This document shows, one piece after another, positions 36,898-46,519 of a stretch of DNA of 64,000 nucleotides. The DNA is from Gemmatimonadota bacterium. GTDB taxonomy: Bacteria > Gemmatimonadota > Gemmatimonadetes > Palauibacterales > KS3-K002. Both the position numbers and the translations under genes were made by a program. The stretch covers positions 18,464 to 82,463 of the forward strand of contig JBDHJS010000013.1 in assembly GCA_039586795.1 (NCBI GenBank), in the 5' to 3' direction. Position 1 is the stretch's first letter, and each line of letters begins with the position of its first letter. Under the pieces are notes generated by a model. It worked only from the letters and a program-made list of their open reading frames with translations, had not been told where the DNA came from and made no database searches.

Positions 36898-37895
36898 GCG
36901 CCGAGACCGTGTTGATCCTGGGCCTGCTGGCCACCGCGGCAGCGATCGGTCTGAGCCTCTACGCGGCGCTGGCGATCCCCGGCGCCCTCGCGTACCTGGG
37001 GCTCATCACGCTGCCGCAGAATCTGAGCGGCCTCTCCTCACCGCTCATCTGGCTCACGCTGCTCGGCCTGCTCGGTATCGAGCTGGCGTCCTGCCACTTC
37101 CGGCTGACCGACCTAGTGTGGAACGTGATCCATACCGTCGCGCGACCGCTCGCCGCGCTGCTCTTCGCGTCCGCTGCTCTCGCCGCGGCTCCGCGTCAGC
37201 TGCAGTGGTGGGGCGCACTCGCCGCCACTGTCGTCGCCCTCGTGGTCCACATGTCCGTTCTCGCGGTGAGAACCGCCCGACGCACCGCCGGTCCGAGCCC
37301 TGCGGCTCGCGGCTTTACGGGCATTCAGTTCAGCGTCGCCGCCGTAGTCTCGACACTGGCCTGGACGGCGCCGCCCTTCGCGGCCAGCATCGCCGCCACC
37401 CTGGTGCTCGCACCGCTACCCTGGTCGCCACGTCTCTGGGGCTCGGCGTCGATGGCGCTGTCCGCGTTCTTCCACACCGTCATCCGCCCGGATCGGCTTC
37501 ATCGCTGGGAGACCGGGACCGGCAAGATATCCCAGCGCCTTCGCCGGGAAGTCGAGGCCGAATTTGGCCGCGACTTCGACACCGTCCGATCGGCTCCGGT
37601 GACCCTCGCCCGCCTGGGACCTAGCTGGCCTTATGTCCGGGGACGGCTGCTGATCGCCTCACGCCGGACGCCGCTCTTCATGCACCGCCGCGGCTTTCGG
37701 TCGGACCTGATACCGCTGTTGCCAGCTCCCGGTCATCTGGACCACGGCGTCCTGATCGAGACCCTCGACCTGGACGCCCCCGTTCCGTACGCCCTCTGCC
37801 TCGGCCCGAACGCCCCATCCGGCCCCGCCATACTGGCAGCGATCCAATCTGCTCCAGAGCCGGAAGCTGTGGAACAACAGGACGATACGGGGTAG
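36894..37895 (+). CDS. DUF4126-like membrane protein with a C-terminal extension
   Basis: GLSLYAAL, WNVIHTVARP, multiple TM helices; GTGA overlap with the upstream gene. Confidence 0.6.
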   Translation: MSAETVLILGLLATAAAIGLSLYAALAIPGALAYLGLITLPQNLSGLSSPLIWLTLLGLLGIELASCHFRLTDLVWNVIHTVARPLAALLFASAALAAAPRQLQWWGALAATVVALVVHMSVLAVRTARRTAGPSPAARGFTGIQFSVAAVVSTLAWTAPPFAASIAATLVLAPLPWSPRLWGSASMALSAFFHTVIRPDRLHRWETGTGKISQRLRREVEAEFGRDFDTVRSAPVTLARLGPSWPYVRGRLLIASRRTPLFMHRRGFRSDLIPLLPAPGHLDHGVLIETLDLDAPVPYALCLGPNAPSGPAILAAIQSAPEPEAVEQQDDTG

Positions 37896-37957
37896 AAACA
37901 TTTGTAGTCAACGCAATTAACTGTAGTTCTTGCTACCAGTTCGCCCTCTGTTCGGGG

Positions 37958-37986
37958 TTTACGGGAAAACGGGTTTCGTATATAAT
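37958..37986 (+). promoter_or_regulatory. Sigma-70-type promoter upstream of the sigma factor gene
   Basis: TTTACG-N17-TATAAT. Confidence 0.65.
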
Positions 37987-38094
37987 AGGCAGTCTTGCAT
38001 AGCTACTCTTTCTGGTCGTCCGTTACCGCCGCTGGGAGCATTTGGGGCGGGCTGGTTGGCGTGAGCACCGGCGCCCGGGCGGCGTTTTATGTCG

Positions 38095-38125
38095 GCGAGA
38101 GCGGATACCGGCTCTCGCTTTTCTT
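38095..38125 (+). terminator. Terminator-like hairpin inside the leader of the sigma factor gene
   Basis: GCGAGAGC...GCTCTCGC followed by TTTTCTT, 40 nt before the ATG. Confidence 0.55.
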
Positions 38126-38165
38126 GTCTAAAGTTCATCGTTCCTAGAGTCGCAGCGGAGAGCGC

Positions 38166-39026
38166 ATGTACTTCAGCTCCAAGGCCTTAGACTCCTTCGA
38201 CCAGTATCTCCACGACGTCGAGAAATACCCCCTCATCGAGGATGCCGCGACCGAGCGTGAAATCGCGCGCAAAGCCAGAGCTGGCGATCGCCGGTCGGCT
38301 GAGCGGCTGGTCACGGCGAACCTGCGGTTCGTGATCTCTTACGTGAAGAAGTATCAGGGACGCGGACTGAACCTCGCCGAGCTGGTCTGCATCGGCAACG
38401 AGGGACTGTTGAAGGCGGTCAAGAAATTCGACCCCGACAAGGGCGTCAAGTTCATCTCGTACGCGGTGTGGTGGATCCGTCAGACGGTATTGCAGGCGCT
38501 GGCCGAGCAGACGCGATCGGTGCGGATTCCACTGAACCAGAACTCGAACCTCGTGAAGCTGTCGCGGACCGAGACGGCGCTGACGCAGCAGCTGGGGCGC
38601 ACGCCGACGGACCGTGAGATCGCCGACCGGATGGGCGAGCCGGTACAGACGATTCGAGCGCTGCGGCGTGTAGCGTCGGCCGAGCTCAGCCTCGACGCGC
38701 CGCTCGACCGGACGGACCGGGACAGCGCCTCGTTCGGCGAGCGTTTTTCGGGTCTCGAGGACGAAGATATCCAGGACGAGGTCGAGCATCAGGCGCGGCG
38801 TCATTTCTTGCAGGAGATGTTCCGGAAGTACCTGACGGAGCGCGAACGCAAGATCCTGGTTCTTTACTACGGACTCGATGATGGCGAAGAGATGACTCTC
38901 GAGGAGATCGGCTCTTTGCTTGGCGTTACTCGTGAGAGGATCCGTCAAATCCGAAACCGTGCTTTTGAGAAACTTCGTCAGTCGCCTGATGGGACGGCGC
39001 TGGAAGGATTCTGGGCGCCATCTTGA
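38166..39026 (+). CDS. RNA polymerase sigma factor, RpoD/SigA family, short form without region 1.1
   Basis: ANLRFVIS, KFDPDKGVKFISYAVWWIRQ, TLEEIG..LGVTRERIRQI. Confidence 0.93.
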   Translation: MYFSSKALDSFDQYLHDVEKYPLIEDAATEREIARKARAGDRRSAERLVTANLRFVISYVKKYQGRGLNLAELVCIGNEGLLKAVKKFDPDKGVKFISYAVWWIRQTVLQALAEQTRSVRIPLNQNSNLVKLSRTETALTQQLGRTPTDREIADRMGEPVQTIRALRRVASAELSLDAPLDRTDRDSASFGERFSGLEDEDIQDEVEHQARRHFLQEMFRKYLTERERKILVLYYGLDDGEEMTLEEIGSLLGVTRERIRQIRNRAFEKLRQSPDGTALEGFWAPS

Positions 39027-39042
39027 TTTCCTTCCTATAAGG

Positions 39043-39074
39043 AAAAAAGGCGAGGCTCTTAGCCTCGCCTTTTT
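39043..39074. terminator. Bidirectional intrinsic terminator
   Basis: AAAAAAGGCGAGGCT-CTT-AGCCTCGCCTTTTT. Confidence 0.85.
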
Positions 39075-39079
39075 ACATC

Positions 39080-39260
39080 TGGACAGCCGACAGCCGACAG
39101 CCGCCGCTCGACGGTCGCATCCTGTTCGGCGACCGACGTCCGACGCCCGATGTTCGCGTTCGACGTTCGAGGGCGTTGAACTACGTGCGTCGGGCGTCGG
39201 GAGTTGGTCGGCGAGAGGTTTACGTAGCCGTCGTGCGTCGGTTACTGGCTGTCGGCTGTC
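39080..39260. repeat. Heptamer-built palindrome D (GACAGCC/CGACGYY type), homologous to E
   Basis: GACAGCC x3; perfect 14-bp inverted repeat 39082-39095/39247-39260; inner stem CGACGTC CGACGCC CGATG. Confidence 0.8.
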
Positions 39261-39706
39261 GTCGCTATTCCCGACGATCCCGACTTTCTCGATTTCACGA
39301 TTCCCACCAGCGCCAGCACAAAAATCGCCACGATGACAATCTGGCTGATCACGCACCATTGGCATATGGCGCGTATCCAGAAGATCTCGGCGTAGGTGAG
39401 ATAGAGCGTGAATACGACGGCCACGCCCGACAGGATGGCCAGCAGTTTGTCGGGTCGGACATCGTCTAGCCAGCGCGGTTGAAGGCCGGCGATGGCGATG
39501 GCGAATAGGGCGATGTAGCCCGCTGCCCCTATACCCGACACGGGCATCCCGAGAAACATCGCGTAGGGCGACGCGTTGACCGCATCGCAACCCTGCGTCA
39601 CGGTGCAGCTCAGGCTGCCGATGTAGCCCAGCTTGGCCAGCAACAGATAGACGGAATCGAGAAGACCCAGAAGGGCGAGAACCGCTATGGCCCGCCGTCT
39701 GTTCAC
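39242..39706 (-). CDS. Vitamin K epoxide reductase (VKOR) family protein
   Basis: Loop cysteines C..GCDAV, SPYA, C-terminal CQWC, TM helices. Confidence 0.92.
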   Translation of the reverse strand: MNRRRAIAVLALLGLLDSVYLLLAKLGYIGSLSCTVTQGCDAVNASPYAMFLGMPVSGIGAAGYIALFAIAIAGLQPRWLDDVRPDKLLAILSGVAVVFTLYLTYAEIFWIRAICQWCVISQIVIVAIFVLALVGIVKSRKSGSSGIATTADSQ

Positions 39707-40386
39707 TGCTTCGCCAGCTCCTCCTCGACAACCGCCGACATTCCGTCGTAGCTCATCGCGCCGACCACCACTCGGCCGTTGATGAAGAAGGTCGGCGTCT
39801 GGTTGAGACCCAGCTGGCGAGCACGTGTCTGACTGGCGAGCACGATCTCACGGTACTTGTCCGAGTCGATGCAGTCTATCAAGGTGCGTCCATCTATCCC
39901 GAGCCCGTCGGCGTACTGCCGGATCTTCCGCTCCGGATTTCGATCGGTACCCCACTCGCGCATCCGACTGAACAGTACCTTCTGCATGGCCCAGAACGCG
40001 TTCTGGTCTCCAGCACAGCGCGCCGCCACCGCGCCGAGCTCCGACGCGCCCGGGTGAAGCGGAAAATCGTAGAATACGAAACGCGCCTTCCCAGTGTCGA
40101 CGTAGTCGGAGAAGATCTGCGGCAGCGTGAGCGTTGCCACCATCCCGCAGGCCGGGCACTGGTAGTCCGCATACTCCTCGATCAAAACCGGAGCATCCTC
40201 CTGACCACGGAACACACCGACGTCGGCGGAGACGAGATCGGCACCCGTGAGATCGGGCGGCGTGAAGTCCACCGCGCCGGCCTCCGCCCCGCGCTGGTTA
40301 TTCATCACTACATATGCGATCAGCCCTCCGCCGGCGATCAGGATCACCGCGAGCATGCCATAGAATTTCGACTGCGAGTTTGCCAT
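39703..40386 (-). CDS. Membrane-anchored DsbA family protein (VKOR partner)
   Basis: ADYQCPAC, DFPL, TPTFFING; ATGA overlap with VKOR. Confidence 0.9.
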   Translation of the reverse strand: MANSQSKFYGMLAVILIAGGGLIAYVVMNNQRGAEAGAVDFTPPDLTGADLVSADVGVFRGQEDAPVLIEEYADYQCPACGMVATLTLPQIFSDYVDTGKARFVFYDFPLHPGASELGAVAARCAGDQNAFWAMQKVLFSRMREWGTDRNPERKIRQYADGLGIDGRTLIDCIDSDKYREIVLASQTRARQLGLNQTPTFFINGRVVVGAMSYDGMSAVVEEELAKQ

Positions 40387-40433
40387 TCAAATACCTCTTT
40401 TCGCCCTCCGCTGGGTCACTCCAATTGGTCTCC

Positions 40434-41942
40434 CTATTCGAACTGAATCACGTCACTAAGCTGACCGGTCACAACCAGGTAAGCTAATCCTATCACGATT
40501 ACCGCCAAGATGAAGATCAGCGCGATCTTGACCGGCCGCGGCAGAAATCGCCGACGCTCGCCGCCCAGTCGAGTGAGCTTCGGCAAGAAAGCGTCCTGCC
40601 ATACGCCCACAATCTCCCGACTCAGGCCCGCCCATCCCGTCGCATACGCCTGGTCGAGCTCGCGGAGCCTCTCCTGCCAGACGCCGTAGGCCGCCTGCAG
40701 CTCGGCGCGACCTTTCTCGGCCGCTCCCTCCAGATCGCCGGCCGATTTGGTCACCTGGCTCAACGTTGCCTCCACGGAACCTACACCGCGCGTCAATCGT
40801 TGGCGTAGCCCCGCAAGCTCCTTCTCCGAAGGCATGAAACGCTTGCGCGCTTTGCGCCAGGGGATGCGTCGATTGGCCGCCACACGCCGGATCTGGCGCT
40901 CGAAGGCACGGACGGTGGCGTCGGAAACCGTCGCAACGTTCTCGAGCACAGCTTCCCACAGCGTTCGCCCGTCAAGCGCCTGGGCTGCCGATTTCAGGTC
41001 CGCCGCAGTCGCGGCTTCGCGCTTCGCCTTCAGCAAAGCGGCCTCGTAGATGTTGCGCAGGTCGCGCAAGTGCTCCTCGAGGAAACCGACGGGCAGCACC
41101 GACGACATCTGTAGCCTGTCGATGGTGGCGCCCAGCGGGCGGTCCGAGCCGCTGCCCACAGCGCCCAGGGAAGCCTCGAATTCCGGTATGGAGAACCGGC
41201 GCTTCAGGTCGGTGGTCGCGGCTACCTCCGGGGCCGGGCGCGAAAGCTCGGGCGCTGGAGCTTCCGCTTCGACCGCGGGCGGCGGCGCCGCGTCAGGCAC
41301 GGGCGCAGGCTCCCCCTCGGCCTGAGGCTTCGTCTTCAGCGGCCCCTCCTCGGCGGAAACACCCAGCAGGCCGCTGGAGTACCGCGTGGCAAGTCCACGA
41401 ATCGTCTGGATCTGTGCGTCGGTCAGGTAGAGAAACTCGAGCTGCGTGGCGCCGCTGCCAACTCGCAGCAGTCGTCCGAACTTCGCCTGGGTCATATCGA
41501 CCTTGGTGATGCGGTCCCACGGGATCCGGAAGTGGCGGCCGCCGCGCTCGAAGACGTGGAGCGCCTGGTCGGTAACGACGGCCAGCGCCATTCCCTTGAA
41601 CCGCTCCATCTCCACCAGACCCGACATGGCGACGGGTGTGGCGAAGACCACCCGCTCACCTTCCAGCGCCTCGCGATCGGACAGCGCCAGGTGGTCTAGC
41701 TTGGCCCGGTTACGAAGCTCGGCGGCCAGCGACGCCAGATCTTCATGCACGCCTCGCAGCGCCAACGCGACTTGCGTGCCCATCACAAGAAGGATCGAAC
41801 CGCGCAACGCAACGCCCAGTAATGTCGAGTAAGGGACTTGCTGTTTGTTGATGTAGAGCCCTTCCTGGGCCGCCAGCACTCGAGCGCCCCGCTCCGAGCC
41901 CATCCCCTCGATTACGACGTCAAACGTGCCCTCGTAGCTCAT
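40434..41942 (-). CDS. Hypothetical tail-anchored protein with PH-like beta domains and a helical C-terminal half
   Basis: Long GC3-biased ORF with an ATGA overlap with the HAD gene; LAVVTDQALHVF..IPWDRI pattern; C-terminal TM. Confidence 0.7.
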   Translation of the reverse strand: MSYEGTFDVVIEGMGSERGARVLAAQEGLYINKQQVPYSTLLGVALRGSILLVMGTQVALALRGVHEDLASLAAELRNRAKLDHLALSDREALEGERVVFATPVAMSGLVEMERFKGMALAVVTDQALHVFERGGRHFRIPWDRITKVDMTQAKFGRLLRVGSGATQLEFLYLTDAQIQTIRGLATRYSSGLLGVSAEEGPLKTKPQAEGEPAPVPDAAPPPAVEAEAPAPELSRPAPEVAATTDLKRRFSIPEFEASLGAVGSGSDRPLGATIDRLQMSSVLPVGFLEEHLRDLRNIYEAALLKAKREAATAADLKSAAQALDGRTLWEAVLENVATVSDATVRAFERQIRRVAANRRIPWRKARKRFMPSEKELAGLRQRLTRGVGSVEATLSQVTKSAGDLEGAAEKGRAELQAAYGVWQERLRELDQAYATGWAGLSREIVGVWQDAFLPKLTRLGGERRRFLPRPVKIALIFILAVIVIGLAYLVVTGQLSDVIQFE

Positions 41943-42679
41943 CGGCCACCGCCGTTCCCCGCCGCATCAGCCCCTGATAGGCCGAGCATGCTGTCGACCA
42001 CCGCCTCGGCGTCGCTGAAGTCGGCGAACACCACGTCGGCTCCCGCCTCCTCCAGCTCCGCAATCGTGTGCCGGCCCGTTGCCACCGCCAACGCTCTCGC
42101 ATCGACCGCCCGGGCGCATGCCACGTCTTCTGGCGTGTCTCCGACGACGACCACCGATCTGCCGTCCAGCTCACCCATGTGATACCGCAGGCGCTCCATC
42201 GCGGCGCGTGCCACGCCAGCCCGATTCTCCGAGTCTGACCCGAATCCGCCAAATGAGAAACTCGATGCCATCCCCGCCGCTTCTAGCTTGAGTCTCGCGC
42301 CCTCCTCGATATTCCCGGTCAGCAGCCCGAGGACCACATCAGAGCGGCTTTCGAGCTGGGCCAGGACATCACGCACACCGGGCAGAACCTCGATCCGATC
42401 CTCCCGGCGTCGAACCTCCAGCTCGCTCTGCAGACGCTGCAAGTAGAGTTGCCAGACGGCCGGCATCCGCTCCCGGATGGCGGGCGCTTCCAATCCGGCG
42501 CCGCCCATCAGCTCCAAAACGATCTGCGGGTCCGTCTTTCCATGGAAACTGTAGTCTTCCGGGTTGCCGATCGTCCCGTAGACCGCCTCGAGCGCCGCGT
42601 GCAAAGCGACGCGCCCCGCCCCATCGGTGAGCAGCAGGGTACCGTCGATGTCGAACAATATCGGGTGATTTGGGGCCAA
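41939..42679 (-). CDS. HAD family hydrolase
   Basis: LFDIDGTL, LTGN, VGDTPEDV. Confidence 0.9.
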   Translation of the reverse strand: MAPNHPILFDIDGTLLLTDGAGRVALHAALEAVYGTIGNPEDYSFHGKTDPQIVLELMGGAGLEAPAIRERMPAVWQLYLQRLQSELEVRRREDRIEVLPGVRDVLAQLESRSDVVLGLLTGNIEEGARLKLEAAGMASSFSFGGFGSDSENRAGVARAAMERLRYHMGELDGRSVVVVGDTPEDVACARAVDARALAVATGRHTIAELEEAGADVVFADFSDAEAVVDSMLGLSGADAAGNGGGR

Positions 42680-42763
42680 ACGCCCTCCGCGCGAGTCCGC
42701 CTCCCTGGCCAGTTACCTGTACTGAACCTATTAATCTGGTCCCGTATGGGGCAGATCGCCACC

Positions 42764-43699
42764 CTACGCCGGCGCGACGGCCCTCAGGATCGCTCGAGCC
42801 AGCACCGCCTCTGCGACCAGACCGATCCGCAGCAGCTCTATCGGCGAAACCTCGCCGGGCTCCGGGCCCGTCGAGCAGGCGAAGACCAGGTCGCCATCGA
42901 ACTTGCTGTTGGCCGGTGACAGGTGACGCACCATTGCGTTCATGGCGTTCCGGGCCACGGCCTGAAGATCGGTGCGTGTCAGCGGGTAGTCGGTGGCCAC
43001 GACGGCGAGCGTCGTGTTCGTTCCGGGCTGCGGCTGGAAGCGTGGTGGTGCTCCGTGCTCCACTAGGTAGCGCGCCGAGTCGATGAACTCACCGGCTTCG
43101 TCCCGGGCGCCGGCGATGATGTTTCCTCGCCCGTCGGTGACGTCGCCGAACGCGTTGACCACAGCGAGTGCGGCCACGGTATGCGCGTCGAGCTCCATGG
43201 CGTGGCTGCCGATGCCGCCCGGCATGGCGCGTTCACCGCCCAGCAGTTTCCCCACCATGGCTCCGGCGCCAACCCCAACCCTTCCCTCGACGATAGGCTC
43301 GCCGCTCGCCGCATCGCACGCCGCCCGACCCATGGCTGCATCCGGCCTCACATCGGCGCGACCGGTTCCCAAATCGAAGATCACCGCGCTGGGAACGATG
43401 GCCACGGTACCGGCGTCGGTCTTGAAGCCACCGCCGCGCTCCTCGAGCCAGCTCATAACGCCGTCCGCCGCCGCCAGCCCGTAGGCCGAGCCTCCGGTCA
43501 GAAGCAAGCCATCGACCTGTGAGACGATGTGATTCGGAGAAAGCGTACCGAACTGGCGAGTGCCTGCGGCGAAGCCGCGAATGTCCACCGCCGCCCGGAA
43601 GGGACCGAGCACAACGGTGCAACCGGTGGCGGCCGCCTGATCATCGGCGTGGCCGACCTTAATACCGCGAACGGCGGTCAACGTGTGATTAGCGGACAT
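42764..43699 (-). CDS. P1 / S58 (DmpA-like) aminopeptidase
   Basis: GIKVGH, TGCTV, LTGGSAYGL, VVNAFGDV, NTTLAVVATD, FDGDLVF. Confidence 0.9.
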   Translation of the reverse strand: MSANHTLTAVRGIKVGHADDQAAATGCTVVLGPFRAAVDIRGFAAGTRQFGTLSPNHIVSQVDGLLLTGGSAYGLAAADGVMSWLEERGGGFKTDAGTVAIVPSAVIFDLGTGRADVRPDAAMGRAACDAASGEPIVEGRVGVGAGAMVGKLLGGERAMPGGIGSHAMELDAHTVAALAVVNAFGDVTDGRGNIIAGARDEAGEFIDSARYLVEHGAPPRFQPQPGTNTTLAVVATDYPLTRTDLQAVARNAMNAMVRHLSPANSKFDGDLVFACSTGPEPGEVSPIELLRIGLVAEAVLARAILRAVAPA

Positions 43700-43711
43700 T
43701 TCATGTCATTT

Positions 43712-43930
43712 TGGACAGCCGACAGCCGATAGCCGCGTATCGACACTCGAGTCCTGCTGGGCGACCGACGCTCGACTCACGACGTTCGAGCCCGACGCTC
43801 GCGCGCGTCGGACATCGGGCGTCGAACGCCGAATAGTCCTCGAACGTCGATACGCGGCTGTCGGCTGTCCGCTGTCGAAATAGTCCGTTCGTCGAGCGCC
43901 GCCCAACGAACGTCGGATGTCGAATGTCGA
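43712..43930. repeat. Heptamer-built palindrome E
   Basis: 31-bp inverted repeat with 2 mismatches (43714-43744 / 43846-43876); further CGAATGT-type units up to the DGC stop codon. Confidence 0.82.
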
Positions 43931-43931
43931 A

Positions 43932-45404
43932 TCAGCCTTGATCTGGAGCCGGCATTTTATCCATATCGGAAGTATACGAAAAGACCTTGTTGCGCCCCGC
44001 GGCTTTGGCGCGATAAAGCGCCTGGTCCGCCCGGTCGATGATATCCTCCGGCGTAACGATGCCGGCTTCGGGAAAGCCGGCTACGCCGCCACTCACCGTC
44101 AGGCGCAGCGAGCCGCCGCGCAGATCGAACTCGCGTCGGCTGACGCCTTTGCGGATGCGCTCGGCCAATTGGTGGGTACCGTGCGCACTGGTCTCCGGCA
44201 ATACCAGCAGGAATTCGTCACCGCCGTAACGACCGACGAAGTCGGCCGTACGCAGCGAGCGCCGTAGCACTTCTCCGATCGAGCGGAGCGCCGCGTCGCC
44301 CGTTGTGTGTCCGTGCGTGTCGTTCAGCCGCTTGAAGTCATCGATGTCGAACATGACAAGACCCAGGAGTCGCTTGTAACGTGCCGCGCGTTCCAGCTCG
44401 TTCTCCATCCGCTCCATCAGGTAGCGGCGTGACAGGCAACCTGTAAGCTCGTCCGTCTTCGCCAGGATCTCGAGTTGTTCCTGGTGCGAGAGAACGTTCT
44501 CGAACATCGCCGCCCGGTTGAGCGCCCTGACGGCACCCTGAGCGATCGCCGAGGTGAGACGCACCGATTCTTCATCGAGTTGCTGCTCATCCGGGCTCGA
44601 GCGCAGGAAGAAGACTCCGTTACGGCCCTGGTCGAAGTTGAACGGGATGGCGACGATCGACTGGATATCGATATCGATCCGCTCGTTCTCCCAGAGCGGT
44701 CGAATCTGCTCGAACAGCGCCGAGCCCTTGAGGTTCTTCACCAGCACGGGAGCTCCCGTCTCTACCGCCTGGCGGATCTCGGGATAGCGCGTGAGATCGA
44801 TGGAGAGGGAGCTGATGCTTGGGTCATCGTGAGCGGCCACCACCGTGCCGCGCTCACCGTCGTCCTCGATCAGAATCATCGAGCAGCGTCGAATATTGAA
44901 CAGCCGGGAAACGCGGCGGACGAGGATATCGTAGATCTCCTCGCTCGATAGACTGGCGGTGACGTCGCGGACAACTTCGAGAACGATGCCACTGGTGTCG
45001 GCTTCGCGACGCGCCGACTGAACCAGTCGACCGCGCTCGATGTGCGAGCTGATCCGAGCGACGAGCTCGCTCAGCGCGAACGGTTTGCGGATGTAATCCG
45101 CTACGCCGGCACGGATTGCGGCCGCCGCCTGCTCCCCCTGCGACTGCGATGAAGTGAAGATGATCGGAACGTCCCGCGAGCCGACGCGGTGTCGCACGTG
45201 CTTGACGATCTCGAGCGGCGCGATCTCCGTGATCGATTCGTCGACGAGCAACAGGTCGGGATGCTGGCTGGCGACGTAGCTGAGCAGCGTCGACCCGTCG
45301 CTGATGCTGCGCACGGAATATCCGGCTGCCTCTAGCGCCTCGTCGAGCCCCGCCAGCTCTTCGGCCCCATCGCGGCCGATCAGAATGAAGCCTCGGTCGT
45401 TCAT
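43932..45404 (-). CDS. Diguanylate cyclase (REC-GAF-GGDEF)
   Basis: PDLLLVD, DYIRKPF, GAF domain, TDELTG, RTAD I-site, RYGGDEF. ATG 45404 overlaps the upstream TGA. Confidence 0.9.
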   Translation of the reverse strand: MNDRGFILIGRDGAEELAGLDEALEAAGYSVRSISDGSTLLSYVASQHPDLLLVDESITEIAPLEIVKHVRHRVGSRDVPIIFTSSQSQGEQAAAAIRAGVADYIRKPFALSELVARISSHIERGRLVQSARREADTSGIVLEVVRDVTASLSSEEIYDILVRRVSRLFNIRRCSMILIEDDGERGTVVAAHDDPSISSLSIDLTRYPEIRQAVETGAPVLVKNLKGSALFEQIRPLWENERIDIDIQSIVAIPFNFDQGRNGVFFLRSSPDEQQLDEESVRLTSAIAQGAVRALNRAAMFENVLSHQEQLEILAKTDELTGCLSRRYLMERMENELERAARYKRLLGLVMFDIDDFKRLNDTHGHTTGDAALRSIGEVLRRSLRTADFVGRYGGDEFLLVLPETSAHGTHQLAERIRKGVSRREFDLRGGSLRLTVSGGVAGFPEAGIVTPEDIIDRADQALYRAKAAGRNKVFSYTSDMDKMPAPDQG

Positions 45405-46390
45405 TCGGTTGAGGTGTCCGCGTTGCCGTATTGCACTACCCACTCTCCCCAGGCCGCCGGGTCGACGTTGCCACCTGAAATCACCGCGACACTCGGCACG
45501 TGGGGCCCGGGCAGCGATCCGCTCATCGCCACCGCGACGGCTGCGGCGCCGCTCGGCTCCACCAAGAGACGGAACTCTTCGGCGCACCAGGCAAGCGCCC
45601 GCAGGATCTCTTCGTCCTCCACCAGCAGCACCTCCTCGACCAGCTGACGAGCGTGCTGGAAAGTGAGGTCACCCGGCCGCACCGGTTTCAGGCCGTCGGC
45701 GACGCTGGTCGATGAATCGAGCTCCACCAGCGTCCCCGCTTCCAGCGATCGGGCCATCGCCGCAGCTCCGACGGGCTCGACGCCATAAACCTGTACGTGC
45801 GGCGCCAGCGCCTTTACGGCCGCCGCAACGCCGGAAAGCAGGCCGCCACCGCCGACGGGAACCAAAACTCTTTCCACCGCTGGCCAGTCTTCAATGATCT
45901 CGAGTCCGACCGTTCCTTGGCCCGCGATGATGTGGGGATGATCGAACGGCGGGACGATCGTCAAACCGCGCTCTCCAGCGATCGCTTCGGCGCGCCGCTT
46001 TCGCTCCAAAGACGTCGTACCCTCGAAGAACACTTCGGCGCCCTGCCTCCGGATCCCCTCCACCTTGACCGACGGCGCATCCACCGGAACGACGACGACC
46101 GCCGGTATTCCCAGCTCGGCCGCGGCGAGCGCCACGGCACGCCCGTGGTTTCCCGACGAATACGTCGCTACGCCCCGGGCTCTATCTTCCTGCGAAAGCT
46201 GCACGATGAAGTTGTACGCGCCTCGAAGCTTGAAGGCGCCACCGCGCTGCAGATTCTCACATTTCAAGCGGAGTCGGCCGCCCCCCACGGGAGACGATCT
46301 GCGCTCCGCCAGAAGCGGGGTTCGCCTCGCTATGCCGTCGATCCGACTGGCGGCGGCACGGATTTCGTCGATATCGACAAGACGTTCGAT
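45401..46390 (-). CDS. PLP-dependent threonine/serine dehydratase (serine racemase-like), no regulatory domain
   Basis: LKCENLQRGGAFKLRGA, SSGNH, VGGGGLLSG, EPSGA, SGGN. The homologous N-terminus (IDEIRAAASRI...RTPL) extends to an ATC at 46390. Confidence 0.88.
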   Translation of the reverse strand: MERLVDIDEIRAAASRIDGIARRTPLLAERRSSPVGGGRLRLKCENLQRGGAFKLRGAYNFIVQLSQEDRARGVATYSSGNHGRAVALAAAELGIPAVVVVPVDAPSVKVEGIRRQGAEVFFEGTTSLERKRRAEAIAGERGLTIVPPFDHPHIIAGQGTVGLEIIEDWPAVERVLVPVGGGGLLSGVAAAVKALAPHVQVYGVEPVGAAAMARSLEAGTLVELDSSTSVADGLKPVRPGDLTFQHARQLVEEVLLVEDEEILRALAWCAEEFRLLVEPSGAAAVAVAMSGSLPGPHVPSVAVISGGNVDPAAWGEWVVQYGNADTSTE

Positions 46391-46519
46391 GGCTTGGACT
46401 CCGCTGGACTAGGCTGCTGGCAAGGCGTTTGAGGCGGGGTTACTGGGGGTCTACAAATGTCGACTGAAGACCCCCTAAAGTCAACGCCTGGCTTGTTTTT
46501 CGCCGGCCTGTAGGCTTGC

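Noticed and set aside
37990..38125. 6S RNA
   Set aside because: Too short, and no long closing stem with a central bubble could be built by eye.
38187..39731. 514-aa minus-strand ORF and other long antisense ORFs (for example 47255..48571, 51409..52662)
   Set aside because: Shadow frames of well-supported genes in high-GC DNA, with no motifs.
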